Source of the DNA: Paramecium tetraurelia
Lineage: Eukaryota
Assembly: GCA_000165425.1 (NCBI GenBank)
Contig: CT868663.1
Location: forward strand, 1-64,000
Direction of reading: 5' to 3'
Length of the DNA: 64,000 nucleotides
In this document: piece by piece, positions 39,171 through 53,200 of the stretch
Numbering within the stretch: the first letter of the stretch is position 1
Layout of the letters: every line of letters begins with the position of its first letter
The notes under the pieces: generated by a model
Told to the model about the DNA's origin: nothing
The model's input: only the letters and a program-made list of their open reading frames with translations
Databases searched by the model: none
Made by a program: the position numbers and the translations under genes

Positions 39171-41021
39171 TCAACCTGTTTTTAGAACTCCAGCCTCAAT
39201 TAACTTTTCAATTTTGGCTGCTAATGAAGGATTCGATTTTATCGCTTTTAATCCATCCTAAGGATGATCTTTCATGTCATTCAAGAGATTGATAACCTAA
39301 TTATTAATAACATTTGATACCTCTGGTTCTCGAAGAATCTACTGAATTTCTGGGTCTTGCATAGCTCTTTTAGCTCTTTATTATTACTCTTCTTCTGATC
39401 CACTTCCTTGCATAATTGAAAATCTGACTTTTTCAAGACCTTACTACATTTCCACATTATTAGGCTCAAGTTCTAACCCTTTTTCATAAACAGTTTTGGC
39501 TTTATGGAATTCTTTCATGACAAAATGACAATTGGCTTTCTTCACATAGGCCTTAACATATTTTGAATCTAATGATAAGCATTTCTCAAGGTCTGAAACA
39601 GCATTAGGAAATTCCATCAATTTCATATATGCAGTTGCTCTATTGCAATAATATTTAGGTTCCTTTGGATTTCTCTTAATAGCATCACTGTAACATTGAA
39701 TGGCATCTGGGAATTTTCCTGCCTTAAATGCATCACCTCCTCTAGTATTTGCTTCCTCTCCTAATTAAGGATTGATGTAATTTTATGCTTCAAGATCTTA
39801 CTTCATTTTTTATAATTTCTTCAACTCATCTTTTACTGATTGGACATGATCTTCCACTAATGATTTTTCATAAATTTGAATGGCTTCATCAACCTTATTT
39901 TACAAAGAAAGCACTTTAGCCTTTCTAGCTAACAATTTGGCTTTCTTCTAGAAACTGCTATGTACTTCCAAAACTTTGAGTCCTTCTTCAATGGATTCTA
40001 ATGCTTAATCATACAGTTTTTGTTCAATAAAGACAGCAGCTTTGTTATTATATAACAAGGCTTCTTCCTTATTCAACTCAAGAGCAGCATTGTAATATTG
40101 GAGAGCTTTCTCGAAATTCTTATTCTTATATTCGTCGTTTCCCAAATTTTTTTGAACTTCCCATTCTTCAAGTTGGGGCTATGGTTTTGGAGGTGGTTAA
40201 TGATGTTGTTTTTATTAAGGTTGTTCAGTATGAGTTTGATGATGTTACTCAGTATGAGCTTGATGATGTTAGTCAGTATGAGTGTGATGATGTTATTCTT
40301 GCTATGGTTGAGGTTGTTCCTCTTCCATATGTTAAGATTGTTGTTGAGGATGATCTTTTTTTTCACCATCTGGTTTTTTCACTTTTCCAGCAAATTCGGA
40401 GAAGAAAATGGCTTATGCTTCAGGATTCTCCAATATTACAGATAAAGCAGTAGAGATTCTTGGATCAGTCTACATGAATTAACTGGCCATTTATGGTTAA
40501 GAGATCATTAAACCAATCAATTACATAAATGTGGGATCTGAAGCAAATGCAGATGTTCTTGGATCTTTCTAGAGAATGCCTAGAAGTTTTAAAATGTTGG
40601 GATTTTTCAAAGCAGAAGCAAATGGGTTGTTCTGTGTGCCTTGCAATTCAGTCTAAGCAGACTTTAAGCCCTCTTAGAGCAAAGAGTTGCTAGGATCTTT
40701 GGCTAAACCTTGTTGATAGGCTTCGATGGCTTTTTCGAATTCTCCAAGATAATGAAGGGCCAATCCCTTTCTCTGGTAGCCTAAATTAAGATTTATAATA
40801 CCTTTTGCGAAATTTGGATTAATAGAAATACATTTGTCGGCATCTGTTAAAGCTTCTTAATATTTGGAGAGGGAAGCATATGATCCTGATCTATTGCTGT
40901 AGAGAATGTGATCATTTGGATTCAACTCGATGGCTTATGAATAAAACTTAGCTGCCTCTTCAAATTTATTTTCTTTGAAAGCTTAATTGCCAAGATCTTT
41001 AAATTATTATGCTGTGGACAT
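39171..41021 (-). CDS. STI1: Hsp70/Hsp90 organising protein (TPR-DP-TPR-TPR-DP)
   Basis: KDLGNQAFK...HILYSNRS; DPTFMQ DP1; YINPQLGEEANTRGGDAFKAGKFP; SREPEVSN DP2; KLIEAGVL end; one intron near 40790. Confidence 0.95.
40224..40295 (-). repeat. 3 x 24-nt coding tandem repeat in STI1
   Basis: + strand units [T/C/G]TCAGTATGAG(TT/CT/TG)TGATGATGTTA, encoding QHHHTHTD-QHHQAHTE-QHHQTHTE. Confidence 0.95.
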
Positions 41022-41188
41022 TATTTTAATTATTGAAATTGATAAAGAAAAAGAATGAATTTCATCACACTCTTAAATTCTAGATTATTCGATTTATTTT
41101 TTTCATAAATTTATAAAATTTGTAAAATCGAGGTATAGTAATAAACATTAATGATAAATTCATAAACACGTTTTCAATTAAATTTAAT

Positions 41189-42654
41189 ATGAAAAAAGAG
41201 GAAGCTATGCATTAATCCCTGAGGTTCACCTACTTCTTAATTGGGACAATCGCCTTTTCGCAAGGTAATCATAATATGCATTTACATAGGCATTATGGGT
41301 TTATCTGATCTCGCGATTAGCTACATGCAAAAAGATGATTATAAACAAGATCCAGCATAAACCCAATTTTTCTCAACCATCATCAGCTTGCCATGGATAG
41401 TCAAACCCTTTTGGGGCATAATGACAGACACGGTGCCTCTTTTTGGATATAGGAGAAAATCATATCTAATATTTTTCGGAGTTCTGGGGTTCTTTTGTTG
41501 GAATTTGTTGGCCGATTACGGCGTGGAAAATAGAGAATTTGGATTGATTTTATTGACAGTTATTAACATTTGTGTTGCATTTTGCAATGTAATAGGGGAA
41601 GCATTGTTAGTGGAGTATTCAGGACATTCTGATGACGATACGCATTAAAATGATAAAGCAAGTTAGAATGTGACATTTTTCTTCGGAATGAGATCAACAG
41701 GAACTCTAGTTACAGCATATTCATCTGGTAAACTCTTGTAATTGTTTGACAAACGCTATATTTTTAAAATAACTTCGATTTTCCCTCTGATCTTAGCAGG
41801 CATAGCAGTATTTGTAAAAGAAAAGAAATATTCAAAAGATGAACCTGAAAAAGACAAAATTAAAACAGTTGAATCCCTCAAACTATTTTCAAAATTCGTT
41901 TCCTAACCAGTAATTTATAGGTAATTATCAAAAATAATGTAGACCAATTTTGTTAATCATGGTATTCATGTCATCTCCATCCATTTCAACAGCGATGTTT
42001 TATTTCTACACCAATGTTCTATAATTTGGCCCAGATTTTATAGGAGAATTACGACTTTCCTACTCCATATGTTCCATTCTTAGTGCTTACCTATTTAATA
42101 GATTTTTAAGGCATGTGAAATTTACTAAGGTTTTTGGTTATAGCACATTTGTATACTGTTTGGTTTCGTGCTAAACAACTTTGCTAGTTACAAGAAAGAA
42201 TGTTAAGTTAGGTATCCCAGATAGATTATTTTGTTTTGGAGATGGTGTTTTAAATTAAGTCATTGGAGAATTAAACACAATGCCTGTATTAGTATTGGCC
42301 TGCAAAATGTGTCCTAAAAATATTGAAGGAACAATGTATGCCTTATTGATGTCAGCAATCAACTTTGGAGGGATGGTATCCTAAGAATTAGGAGCATTGC
42401 TCACTTATTATGCTGGTGTGACAGATGATAACTTTGACAACTTGGCAAGGTTAATAGTGATTTGCTCTTTTTGCACAATGTTGCCATTACCATTTTTAGG
42501 AATAATTAATGAAGATCAAATGGCTAAAGCTAGAGAGAAGCATTAGTATGAATCTCTACCTAAGGAAGAAGACGAAATTAATGTTGAATAAGAAGTTGAA
42601 GAGATAACTGATACTAAATGTGCAAACTTATAAAATGAACAATTATTAATTTGA
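41189..42654 (+). CDS. BT1 folate/biopterin transporter
   Basis: LPWIVKPFWGIMTDTVPLFGYRRKSY; MPVLVLACKMCPKNIEGTMYALLMSAIN; two short introns. Confidence 0.95.
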
Positions 42655-42687
42655 TTTGATTATTATATAATATTTTCTAATTATCAT

Positions 42688-44900
42688 TCATAAACTATTT
42701 CGTCAATATAATCTGATTTGGATCGTATTTGATAATTTTGTGGTTTAAAGTAGTAAGAATTAATGTCCTTCTTAATTTGTTAAAAGTGTTTGCTGCTAGA
42801 TTCATCCATAGTTATCGACGTTTTCTTCTAAACCCTCGGCATTTTGGCCAATTTTTCAGTTTATAGATTAGCCAATCTTTGCAATTCTGCCAATGAACTA
42901 AAACTATGCAGCAAAGTTGGTGGTTCAAGAACATCAATCAATTTTTGATTCATCAATTTTTCAAAGTCACTCTTAGAATTATTACTTAATTTAATTGATT
43001 CGTAAGCAGAATACAGTTTTCTTAGTTTTTTGGATGTGTTATATTAATGACGCGTCTCAAACAATTTCTTTTTTTTAAAAGTCAATGTTAAACTTTATTT
43101 GTCGAATTATCCAGTCATACCTTAAATGGATTCACTGCTAGTAAATCTAGATGATCCAACTATGGGTTTTGGCAAACAATTAAAGACTTTTAATTATTCT
43201 TTATTGAGTAATAAGTGTTTCAATTTTTCCATTTCTTATAACTTTTAAATAATAACCAATATGTCCATATCTTTTTGAATCATACTTTTTGATTATTTCA
43301 ATATTTTTTTGTTGTGTTTACCTATATTACTGAATCGCCAGCAAGTCAGATATTTAATTATTATCACAATGCTGTATTTTAACTTCTTATCACCAGTTAG
43401 TATAATGTTGATGATCTATTCTAAAAAGTTATTTTTGTAAAAGTCTAGATTCGAAGAATTCACATATTAAATGGCATTGGATGATTTTACTGTCTCCATT
43501 TATTCGGTTTTTATAATGGCATCATCTGTAAGTAAGGCATTTCTTTTAGAAACACTTTAATTAGTAAGTAGGCATTCAGAACCTGCTGAAATCAATTATT
43601 GGCTGCCATTAGTTTTCGAAATCGCTTTTGCAAATCTACCCAAAGTTAGAATCTTTATGGCTCCGATCTTAAACTTACTTGCAATATCCTCTATTTGTTT
43701 TATATTATCAAGTATTTAAGTTACTAGGGTTTAAAATGAAAAAGTGACTTCTCCTTTTGTCGTTTATGGAATATCAAATTGATATAAATCATTGGCAAGC
43801 ATAATTTAGAGTCCTGTTTTATTGTATTTAGTAATGAAATATCCAAACACTAAAACTATAAATTTAGTTATTCCTCCAACATAAGATATTAATTCATCGA
43901 ACTTATAATATTATTTTTTATAAATATCTTCAGACTGAGCCAATCTTATAATAAACTGAGAAATGATATTATTAGATTAGACATTTGATGTTATTTGAGA
44001 TAATTTTGTATCTTGAATTGAAAACAATTCATCTTGTTCTACAGAGTTTAGAACTGAGATTGGAGATTCATCTATTTTAACATTCAGTTTTTCAAGATAA
44101 ATATCAGTACTTGTAGTTTTAGTAAGAGATGTTTCTACATAAAAATCAGTATAAATATATTTTTAAATGCTTTCTTCCTGATTCAGATTTACTAATGTAT
44201 TAAGAATTAAGGTACTAATTTTCACTACACTATCTTACAATCCTAATGCATTTACTTCTTCCGATGATGCACACTCTGGTTCATCAATACATGAAACTAA
44301 TATAATTTTGCCATATTAAAAAACATTTGACTTATATGTACCTTGTTAAAATATTGTGTAATTTTTAGGTAGGCAAAAATACTCTTATATTTACCCCTTT
44401 ATTTGTTACTAAACAATTTTAAAATAAAAATTTGTACATTATAACTGTTAGTTTAATCCAAATTTAGGAAATGATCAAGAGAACATTTTTCTAAAGACAG
44501 AAGGTTTGTTTCATTTTTACTTCTTGTTCCGTCGGCATTAAGTATTTAAGATTATTGAGTGTATTAGGCTTTATATATTGGCTTTGTAAATTACAATTAT
44601 AGATCAATTGAAAATCCAAGCATAAAATTATTGACACTGAGTTTTGACATTGGGGGATCTATATTGAGTAACTTTGAACTTGAAATCTAATTAATGTATA
44701 AAATCCATAATTACAGTATAGTTTTCATGTTTGATCAAGGAAAGAGTCCCTCTTACAAAAATCATTAAAATAGCTACAGCGATAATCATTGTAATAATTC
44801 CACCCAAAATCGATTTATATGCTTCTTTGTGATGTAAGTTCAATTTTATTTATGCACCAAAGTGATCACATTTTCGAATATATTTAAGTGTTTTTTTCAT
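42688..44900 (-). CDS. Ciliate-type two-TM membrane protein with large extracellular loop
   Basis: CDHFGAQIKLNL...[15 protein letters not shown]1; [23 protein letters not shown]2; [22 protein letters not shown]-terminal motif. Confidence 0.8.
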
Positions 44901-44952
44901 AATTTTCCCTTATTAAAAAAATATTAAAGAATATAAATATAAATATCTAATA

Positions 44953-47900
44953 ATGGAAGATTAAAAGTCAATACTCCTATAAAAACTTTAGAGTAACACT
45001 GTTAATATTCGAAATCTAAGTATTATAGCTCACGTCGACCATGGTATGTTTATATTATTAAACTCAAGGAAAAACAACCTTAACAGATCAATTGATTTCT
45101 GCAAACAACATTATATCAAAAAGGCTGGCAGGAAATCTTAGATATATGGATAGTAGAGAAGATGAATAACTGAGAGGTATCACAATGAAATCAAGCTCTA
45201 TATCAATAATATATGAAAATCATCTGATTAATTTAATTGACAGCCCAGGCCATGTTGAATTTTCTTCTGAAGTTCAAGCAGCATTGCGTTTAACAGATGG
45301 GGCACTAGTGCTGGTGGATGTTTTGGAAGGATTTAGTTCATAAACCTTTAATGTGTTAAAATAAATGTTTGAGGAAGGTATAAAAGGAATTCTCGTCTTG
45401 AACAAAGTAGACAGATTGATTTTGGAAAAACAAATGGACCCTGACTAAGCTTTCATTCACATGTCCCAAATTATAGAATAAGTAAATGCAGCTTTAAGTT
45501 CATTTTTAAATGAATAAATTCACTAGGTTGAGGAATAAAAAGAATTTTCTTTAGATGATGATTATATAACGAACTTGGAATCAAATCTATATTTTTGCCC
45601 AACAAAAAACAACGTTGTTTTCTGCAGCAGTATTGATGCATGGGCATTTACAGTAGGAACTTTCTCTGCAATATTTGCAAAAAAACTTAAATGCAATTAA
45701 TAGGCATTATAAAAGTGTTTATGGGGAAACTATTATTTTAAGAATAAAAAAGTTACAATAACTCCAAGCAAAGAGGGTTAATCAGTTTTGTTTGTAGATT
45801 TCATTTTAAAGAACATTTGGAATATCTACAATAATAAAGATAACATTTAAAAAATTTAATCCATTGCTACTCAACTATAATTGAACGGATAAATTGCGAA
45901 TTATAAATAATTAATGACTAAATGGTTACCCTTCGATTAATGTCTATTTGATAGAATAATAAAAGAACTACCCAACCCTATAGAAGCTTAAAGATCTAGA
46001 AAAGATATCATTTGCAAAAGAATAAACAGGCAAATCACTAAGAATTATGATGCTAGGTATGATGAATTGTATTAATCTATTTAAAATTGCGACCCTAATG
46101 GTCCTTTAGTTGTATTCGTATCCAAAATGGTAAGTATCCCTCCAGAGTGCATAGATGAAAAATAATTAAACCCAAAACCTTAAGGAATATTATCATACGC
46201 TTTTGCGAGAGTGTTTTCAGGAACTCTCCATCTAAATCAGCCAGTATATGTGATAGGACCTAAATCAAAAATCATCAATAATGTTAATCAAGTTGATTAA
46301 ACAGATATTTAATAATTCGAGATTAAAAAAATATATCTTATGATGGCTCAATATTTAGAGGCAATTAAAAGGATGCCTGCTGGTAATTTAGTAGCAATAG
46401 GAGGTTTAGATGACTTAATATTTAAAACATCTACAATATCTTCAGTCAATTATTGCCCTTCATTTGCTCCTACTTATGTGAAATTTAAATCAATTGTTAG
46501 AACTATGATTATGCCTTCTTAATAGGAAGATCAACCAAAGGTACTCCAAGCCATCAAAAAATTATATAAATGCGATCCATCATTAGAAGTTTAAGCCTTA
46601 GATTCTGGAGAACTTGTATTAGGAACTTGTGGTGAAGTTCACTTATAAAGATGCATAACTGATATCGAAAAAATAGCGGATTGCAAGGTAAAAATCTCAG
46701 AACCAATAATACCATTCAAAGAAACTATCATTTATAAAAATATGTTGGAAGAGAGCAATGAGAAATTTCAAAAAAAAATGGCCAAAGTGTTAGTTCAAGG
46801 AGGACAGAAATAAAAAAAATAATAATAATAATAATTTGAATAAAAATCAAAGGATGATGATATTGATGTTGAAAAATAGAAATAATTTAAATAAAAGTTG
46901 TAGGAAGCAGAAGAAACTGAAATTGTCAAAGACACAAATATTTTAGAACAAGAGGATATCAGGTACAATTAATAATTGAAGGAAGAAGTTAAATTCAAAT
47001 ATGACTAAAAATAATAGGTGAAAAAAATAGATCATAAGAATAAAGGAAAATAAGCAACCAAGAATAATTTATTAGTTGAAGTCTAGACTAAAAGTAATCT
47101 TGTTGAAGAATTTACAGCAAATCAAAAAATTGCAGTTAAAGTAAGAGCCATTGGGTTACCGTTTGAATTGGCAACTTGGATAGAAAATAACTAAAAGTAT
47201 ATGAGAAAACTCCTATATGAGAATAAAGGCGATCCTAAATAGTTTTTAGAAGAATTTGACACAATTCGTAAAAGTCTTAAAATAGAAAAAAAATTAAATG
47301 AACTCATTGAAAATCATTTGTAATGTTTTGGTCCAAAGAAGTTTGGTCCCAATCTGTTAATAAACAAAATGATAAAATCTGAGGATTCTTTAATATAAAA
47401 ATTGAGACAACAAATCTAAAACCCATAGCCTTTGGTATAATAATAACAAATTATCTAATAAGACTTTTAATAGTAAGCTGAAGAATAAAATTAAATGTAA
47501 ATGTAGCAGGGTGAGGAAAAGGTGGAATCTACCAAGGATAGCAAATCTTAATTAAGTGATACAACTGGGTCGATTGCCAAAGGCTTAGAATTATATTTAA
47601 GTTAATAAGATTTATCATAAGATGCAATGAATAATGCAATTAATTTAGGATTTGACTTAGCTCTAAATGCTGGACCATTATGTGCAGAGCCTATTATAGG
47701 TGCTTGCTTTATTATTGAATAATTAAAATTTTCAGAAGAGGACTAACAACAATAATAATAAGATACTTATGGACCTATTAGTGGTTAATTGATATCAGCA
47801 ATGAAGGATGCTTGCATAAATTCCTTTTTAGGAGCCTAACCCAGATTAGTAGAATCAGTTTATAAATGTACACTTTAAACAGATTTTACAAATTATGGAA

Positions 47901-48294
47901 AAAGTATTGATGTGCTGAATTAAAGGAGAGGTAATGTTGTAAATGAGGTTTTGAATTCTTGCACTTCATTATTCACAGTTTAGGCTAGATTACCTCTTAG
48001 CAGCTCTTTTGATTTTTATTGTTAGGTATAATCAGCTACTTCTGGACACGTTTCTGCTCAATTAGATTTTGATGGATGGTCAATTCTTCAAGAAGATCCA
48101 TTTTATTAACCATTCACAGATGATGTAATAAATTATATTAAAAATAGGATATTGCTGAAAATGGAATGTAGAAAGTTGAAAGAAATACAGCTCGTGATCT
48201 AATTATGGCAACTCGTAAAAGAAAAGGAATGAATTTTGAAGAAAAAATAGTTGTAGCAGCCGACAAACAAAGAAATTTATCAAAGAAAAAATGA
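44953..48294 (+). CDS. EFL1: Elongation factor-like GTPase 1 (Ria1; 60S maturation)
   Basis: [61 protein letters not shown]-terminal [17 protein letters not shown]. Confidence 0.93.
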
Positions 48295-48657
48295 TATATA
48301 TTATTAATGTAATTAAAAGCTTTTCATATTTTAAAGAATAATATTGATTCTTTGAGGCTTACCAGTGATATTCAATATATTTCTAACAAATATGAATTGA
48401 GGCAAGTTAATTTATGTTGTATCAAGGTAAGATGCAATGACTATATTATTTATTTTTTTACTTCAAATCAATTTTCGATAATAGTACTTTATAAATCAAC
48501 TTAGCATTACACTAATTAAGTTTTGTAAATGATAAATTATAGTTTTCAATTATATATAAATCTCTAGATTGAAAAATTCAATAGAAAATGGCATTTTTGA
48601 TATACAATATTTCTTGTTTATTTAATCCTTAAATTATTTCAAGTGTTAATAATATAA

Positions 48658-50093
48658 ATGTGGAATATCATTTTATTTGCGACAATAGCAATCGTGAATG
48701 GATATTTATCCTTTAAAGAAGGCCCCTATGATTACACAAATGTCTTTCCCAGCTTTGGAGAGTTGCCAAGTGGCACAAAATGCACTAAAGTAGATGCTAA
48801 GAAATTAAATACACTTTTTGATCAAAATCAAATAATATTTTCTGGTTATTTAAGTGTCATTGAAAATAGCAAGTCTAGTTTGGGATTCATTTTTTATGGC
48901 TCTGAAAAAGCAACTTAACTATCGGATCTCTCTAAATATCCAACATTAATCTGGCTAAATGGAGGTCCTGGATCATCATCTTAATTAGGTAATTTCATGG
49001 AGTTAGGACCATTGATTATGTAAGAAGATGGTACATTTACTAAAAATAATTATGCTTGGAGTAAAGAATACAACGTGATATTTGTGGATTAACCTATTGG
49101 AGCAGGTTTAGCATATCCTGAAAAACAATCTGATGTTCCTACTAATTAACCATAGATTGGTTAGTAATTTTTATATGCCTTATTGCAATTTTTATACAAT
49201 GCCGAAGGATGTGTTAAAAAAAATGGAATTCTCGGTTTGTAAAAATCTCCTTGGTTTATTTTTGGGGAAAGTTATGCTGGAAAGTATATAATAATTATAT
49301 AATTAGGTACGTTCCTACTATAGCAAAGGCAATATTAGATTACAACGCAAAGACTCAGGAACAAATTCCCTTAAAAGGAATCGGAATTGGAGATCCTTTT
49401 ACAGATCCATATGCAGTTATTGCTGAATATGCTTCATATTCCTTCAACTTAGGTTTGATTGATGTTTAGGAGAGAGCTGAAATTGATTCTGTTCTAGTTT
49501 ACGGATTGAATGAACTAAACAAAGGAAACTCATTAAATGCAAGATAAGCCTTTGAGAAATCCCTTGATCTTATTGGTTAATATGATGGAGGAATGAACGT
49601 TTACAATGTATTATAATACGGTAGCTACAATAATGCTAAAACCAAGATCTAGGAATATTTGAGGGACCCTTTTATCCTAAACTAACTAGGATTAAGTGCT
49701 GATTGGGTTTATAAGATAAGTAATGGAGCAGATGGTCCAGTGCAGAAGGCTTTGGCTTATGATTTCATGTTGAGAGATGTTGTCAAAACAGTGGAAGAAA
49801 TATTGCCTAAAATCCCATTGTTTGTGTTTAGTGGATAAAATGATTTAATTTGTTCAACTCCAGGTACTTTAAGATGGCTCTACGATTTGAAATATAGCAA
49901 GATTGATGAATACAGAGGAAAGGATTTGGAGGTTGTTAAGCTTTTGGATACTGAAAAAATTGTAGGCTATTACAAGTAAGCTGGCAATCTTGAGTTGCAA
50001 TTAGTAAATAATGCTGGTCATATGATACCTACAGATCAACCTCAGGCTGCTTTGGAGATGATAGTGAAATTTGTCAACAAGCACAAGAATTGA
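48658..50093 (+). CDS. Serine carboxypeptidase, family S10
   Basis: Signal peptide; WLNGGPGSSS, FVDQPIGAG, FGESYAG (Ser), GQNDLIC (Asp), NAGHMIPTDQP (His). Confidence 0.96.
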
Positions 50094-50258
50094 TATAATT
50101 AATTCATCAAAATTAAATCAATTCACAATAATAAATAGAATTAAATTGGTTTTTTATTTCGATTAATTGCTATGAATTGGAAGGATTAGTTATTTGAAAG
50201 AGATTCTTTGGGAATATAAAATATTTTATAATTAATTAAACTTAAAAAATTAGAAGGA

Positions 50259-53200
50259 ATGAGTGATGATGAAGAAAAGGAATTTAAACATAAATAGAGA
50301 TAGACAAAATAATAATTGTATTAATTTATTTAGAGAGATGAGTTTAATCTAATCATAGATTGCATCAACATGTCTATTAGTTTCATTCTGATATTTGTTT
50401 ACATATATTCAACTTATGAACCTGAACCATTTTAAAATGCTACATGGGCAGTTTTTAACACTATCCTTCACCTTTTACTTCTAAGTGAATGGATTTTCAA
50501 ATTATATGCAACTAAGAATTTTTAATCATTCATTATGTCCTCAGAATCAATAATTGCTATATTGTCATTGTTGCCGTATTTCATAATTAAAATATCTACT
50601 CTTAAATTATTTATTGAAGATGATGACAAAGTGAACATTTTTGCAAACCTAGTATGTCTCTTTAGAGGACTTGAATTTGACAGAATGAAAAAGTACCTAG
50701 ATTCAGAAGTTAATAAGTAATTGACATCGATAATGATCACAACTGCAACTTTAGTCCTTTGTGCTGCAGGTGCTTTGCATTTCAATTCACTCTTTTTAGA
50801 AACAGTATTGCATTTCAAGTTTCACTACTTTATTTACTTTGTAATGACTACTATTTCTACAATGGGTTACGAGAATAAATTCTCAAGTGCAATCTCAAGA
50901 GTTTTAATCATTATACTTGTCCTGTTAGCCTTAACGTTTGTGCCCTATTAAACTGGACAATTGATCAGACATCTTAGTTCCAAGTCATACTATGCTAGAT
51001 TAAATTACAAATCAAGTCAGGCTGTTCCACATATTGTAATCTTAGGAACCATTTCTTTGAATGCAGCTGAGAACTTTTTCAAGGAGTTGTTTCATGAAGA
51101 TCATGGATTGGCACAAAAGCATGCAATCATTTTATGTCCTCAGAGACCAGATGTGAATTTAGAATCACTAATTCAATAACCAGAATATTCCAATGTCATT
51201 TACATTTAAGGTGATCCTCATTTGGATAAAGATTTGAAAAGATGCCAAATTGAAAAAGCAAAGGCCATCATAATAATGTGCAATAAATAGAGTTCTGACC
51301 CTACTGCAGAAGATAGCAAAACTATTCTACTAGCAATTGTCATTAAGAGCTACTTAAAACAACATAATACTACAGGAGTCAAAATTAGATTCTGTATGCA
51401 GATTTTAAGATAAGAAGGCAAAACTCACTACTTCTTGTCATTAAATAAATAAACCAAATTTGATTAAGTGATTTGCATTGAGGAATTAAAGATGTCACTC
51501 CTTGCAAAGTCTTGTTTGTGTCCAGGATTAATTGCATTTATTTCAAATCTTATTACATCTTCTGGAAACCCTCCAAATCTACCATAAAAATGGTTAAATG
51601 AATATTGGATTGGCTAAGGATTTGAAATCTATAAAACCTTGCTTCCTAATTTTTTTAGAGGCAAATCATTTACTCAAACTGTCTTAATTTTATATAAATA
51701 GTTTCAAGTCATATTATTTGGAATTGAGATATCTTCTCCAAATGATTATGAGAAAAATCTATTGAATCCTGGAGATATCATTTTGCCATCAAATCCAAAT
51801 TACAGAGTTATGGGATACATCATTTGCAAAGATAAAGAAACAGCAGATGAAATTTCCATATACAAATAAAGTCATCAAGATAAAATGAATCAAATTAAAT
51901 CAGATGGCACTACCAGAAGATTATTAGAATCAGAAGAAACAGTTAACATTCGACCGAGAAGACCTACCATTTTCCAAAATGTGAAAACTCTTTTTGGATT
52001 CTCCCAAGCAGAACCAGATTAAAAGAAAGGAAATGGTGCCAAAAATGAGAACTCAAAAAATGTTGTTTTGCATCTTAAAAATCAAAGAGGTTGGGTTAAA
52101 ACAGACATGTTCGATCCAAGTTAAGACACTCTCATCCATCCAAAAGAAAATGAAAAGTTTGATCAATTAGAAGAAATTGATGAAAATAGTGATGACCAAT
52201 AAAAGGACATTGCAGAGATGCAGATCAAAGAAAAATTTTAAAAAGATACAGCCAGAAATTGGCTTTAACTTGATTTTAACAATAATAAAATTGAGAAGAC
52301 CAGTCATTTAACTAATGAAAAAGTTGGGCTCAAAGATGTCACCTTCAAAACATTATAAGACTCAATTCTGGCTTAAAATCATGTTATTCTTTGTGGATTA
52401 GTAGCAAATTTAATTAATTTTATATTGCCACTTAGATCTAAATACTTAATTACTTATCCTCCAATTGTAATTTTAAATGATCAGGAACCAAGTGAAAAAT
52501 AATGGGCTCAAATTTGTTATTTCCCAGAAATATATTTCGTTAAAGGTACAGCCATGAGTTAAAGAGATTTAATAAGAGCCAATATTGAATAAGCCATTAG
52601 AGTTGTGATTTTATCGCCAAAAGAAATATCTACTGCCAAATTTGAGGATGATTCTTAGGACAATGATCAGATAATTTAATAATAGCAATTGACTAAGGAT
52701 CAGGAAGATTTACTGGATGCAAAAACCATATTCAAATATAGAAATATCATTAGATTAAAACCTCACATTTAAATTGTTACTGAATTTGTATCGCCCTCTA
52801 ACATTTAGTTTCTGCTATTTGATAAAGATTACGATTTAATGAAGCAGTATGGTTATAATCATACACCATTATTTGCATCTGGTTAAATCTATTTCTCTTC
52901 AGTGATGGATGGTCTTCTGTGCTAGTCATTCTACAATCCTGCTTTGGTGTAAGTGTTATATCAATTATTGGTGGGGAATATTAAGGAAAATGAAAAAACA
53001 GGAGCTATGTTACAATATCAGAGCAAGGGATTGAATCAATCGAAAGACTTTATTTCTGAAGATAAAGACATATCAAGCAACCTATTCCAAATCCCAGTTC
53101 CTAAGGCATTTTAAAATAAACCATTTTAAAAATTATTTTATCATTTAGTTAAAATGAAACAAATTGTTCCTTTAGGATTATATAGGCTCGCAGGAGCAAC

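Noticed and set aside
40073..40453. Three overlapping ORFs in the track with periodic sequence (LSMSLMML, QYEFDDV)
   Set aside because: Alternative or antisense frames of the 24-nt repeat inside STI1; not genes, and not a CRISPR array (no unique spacers)
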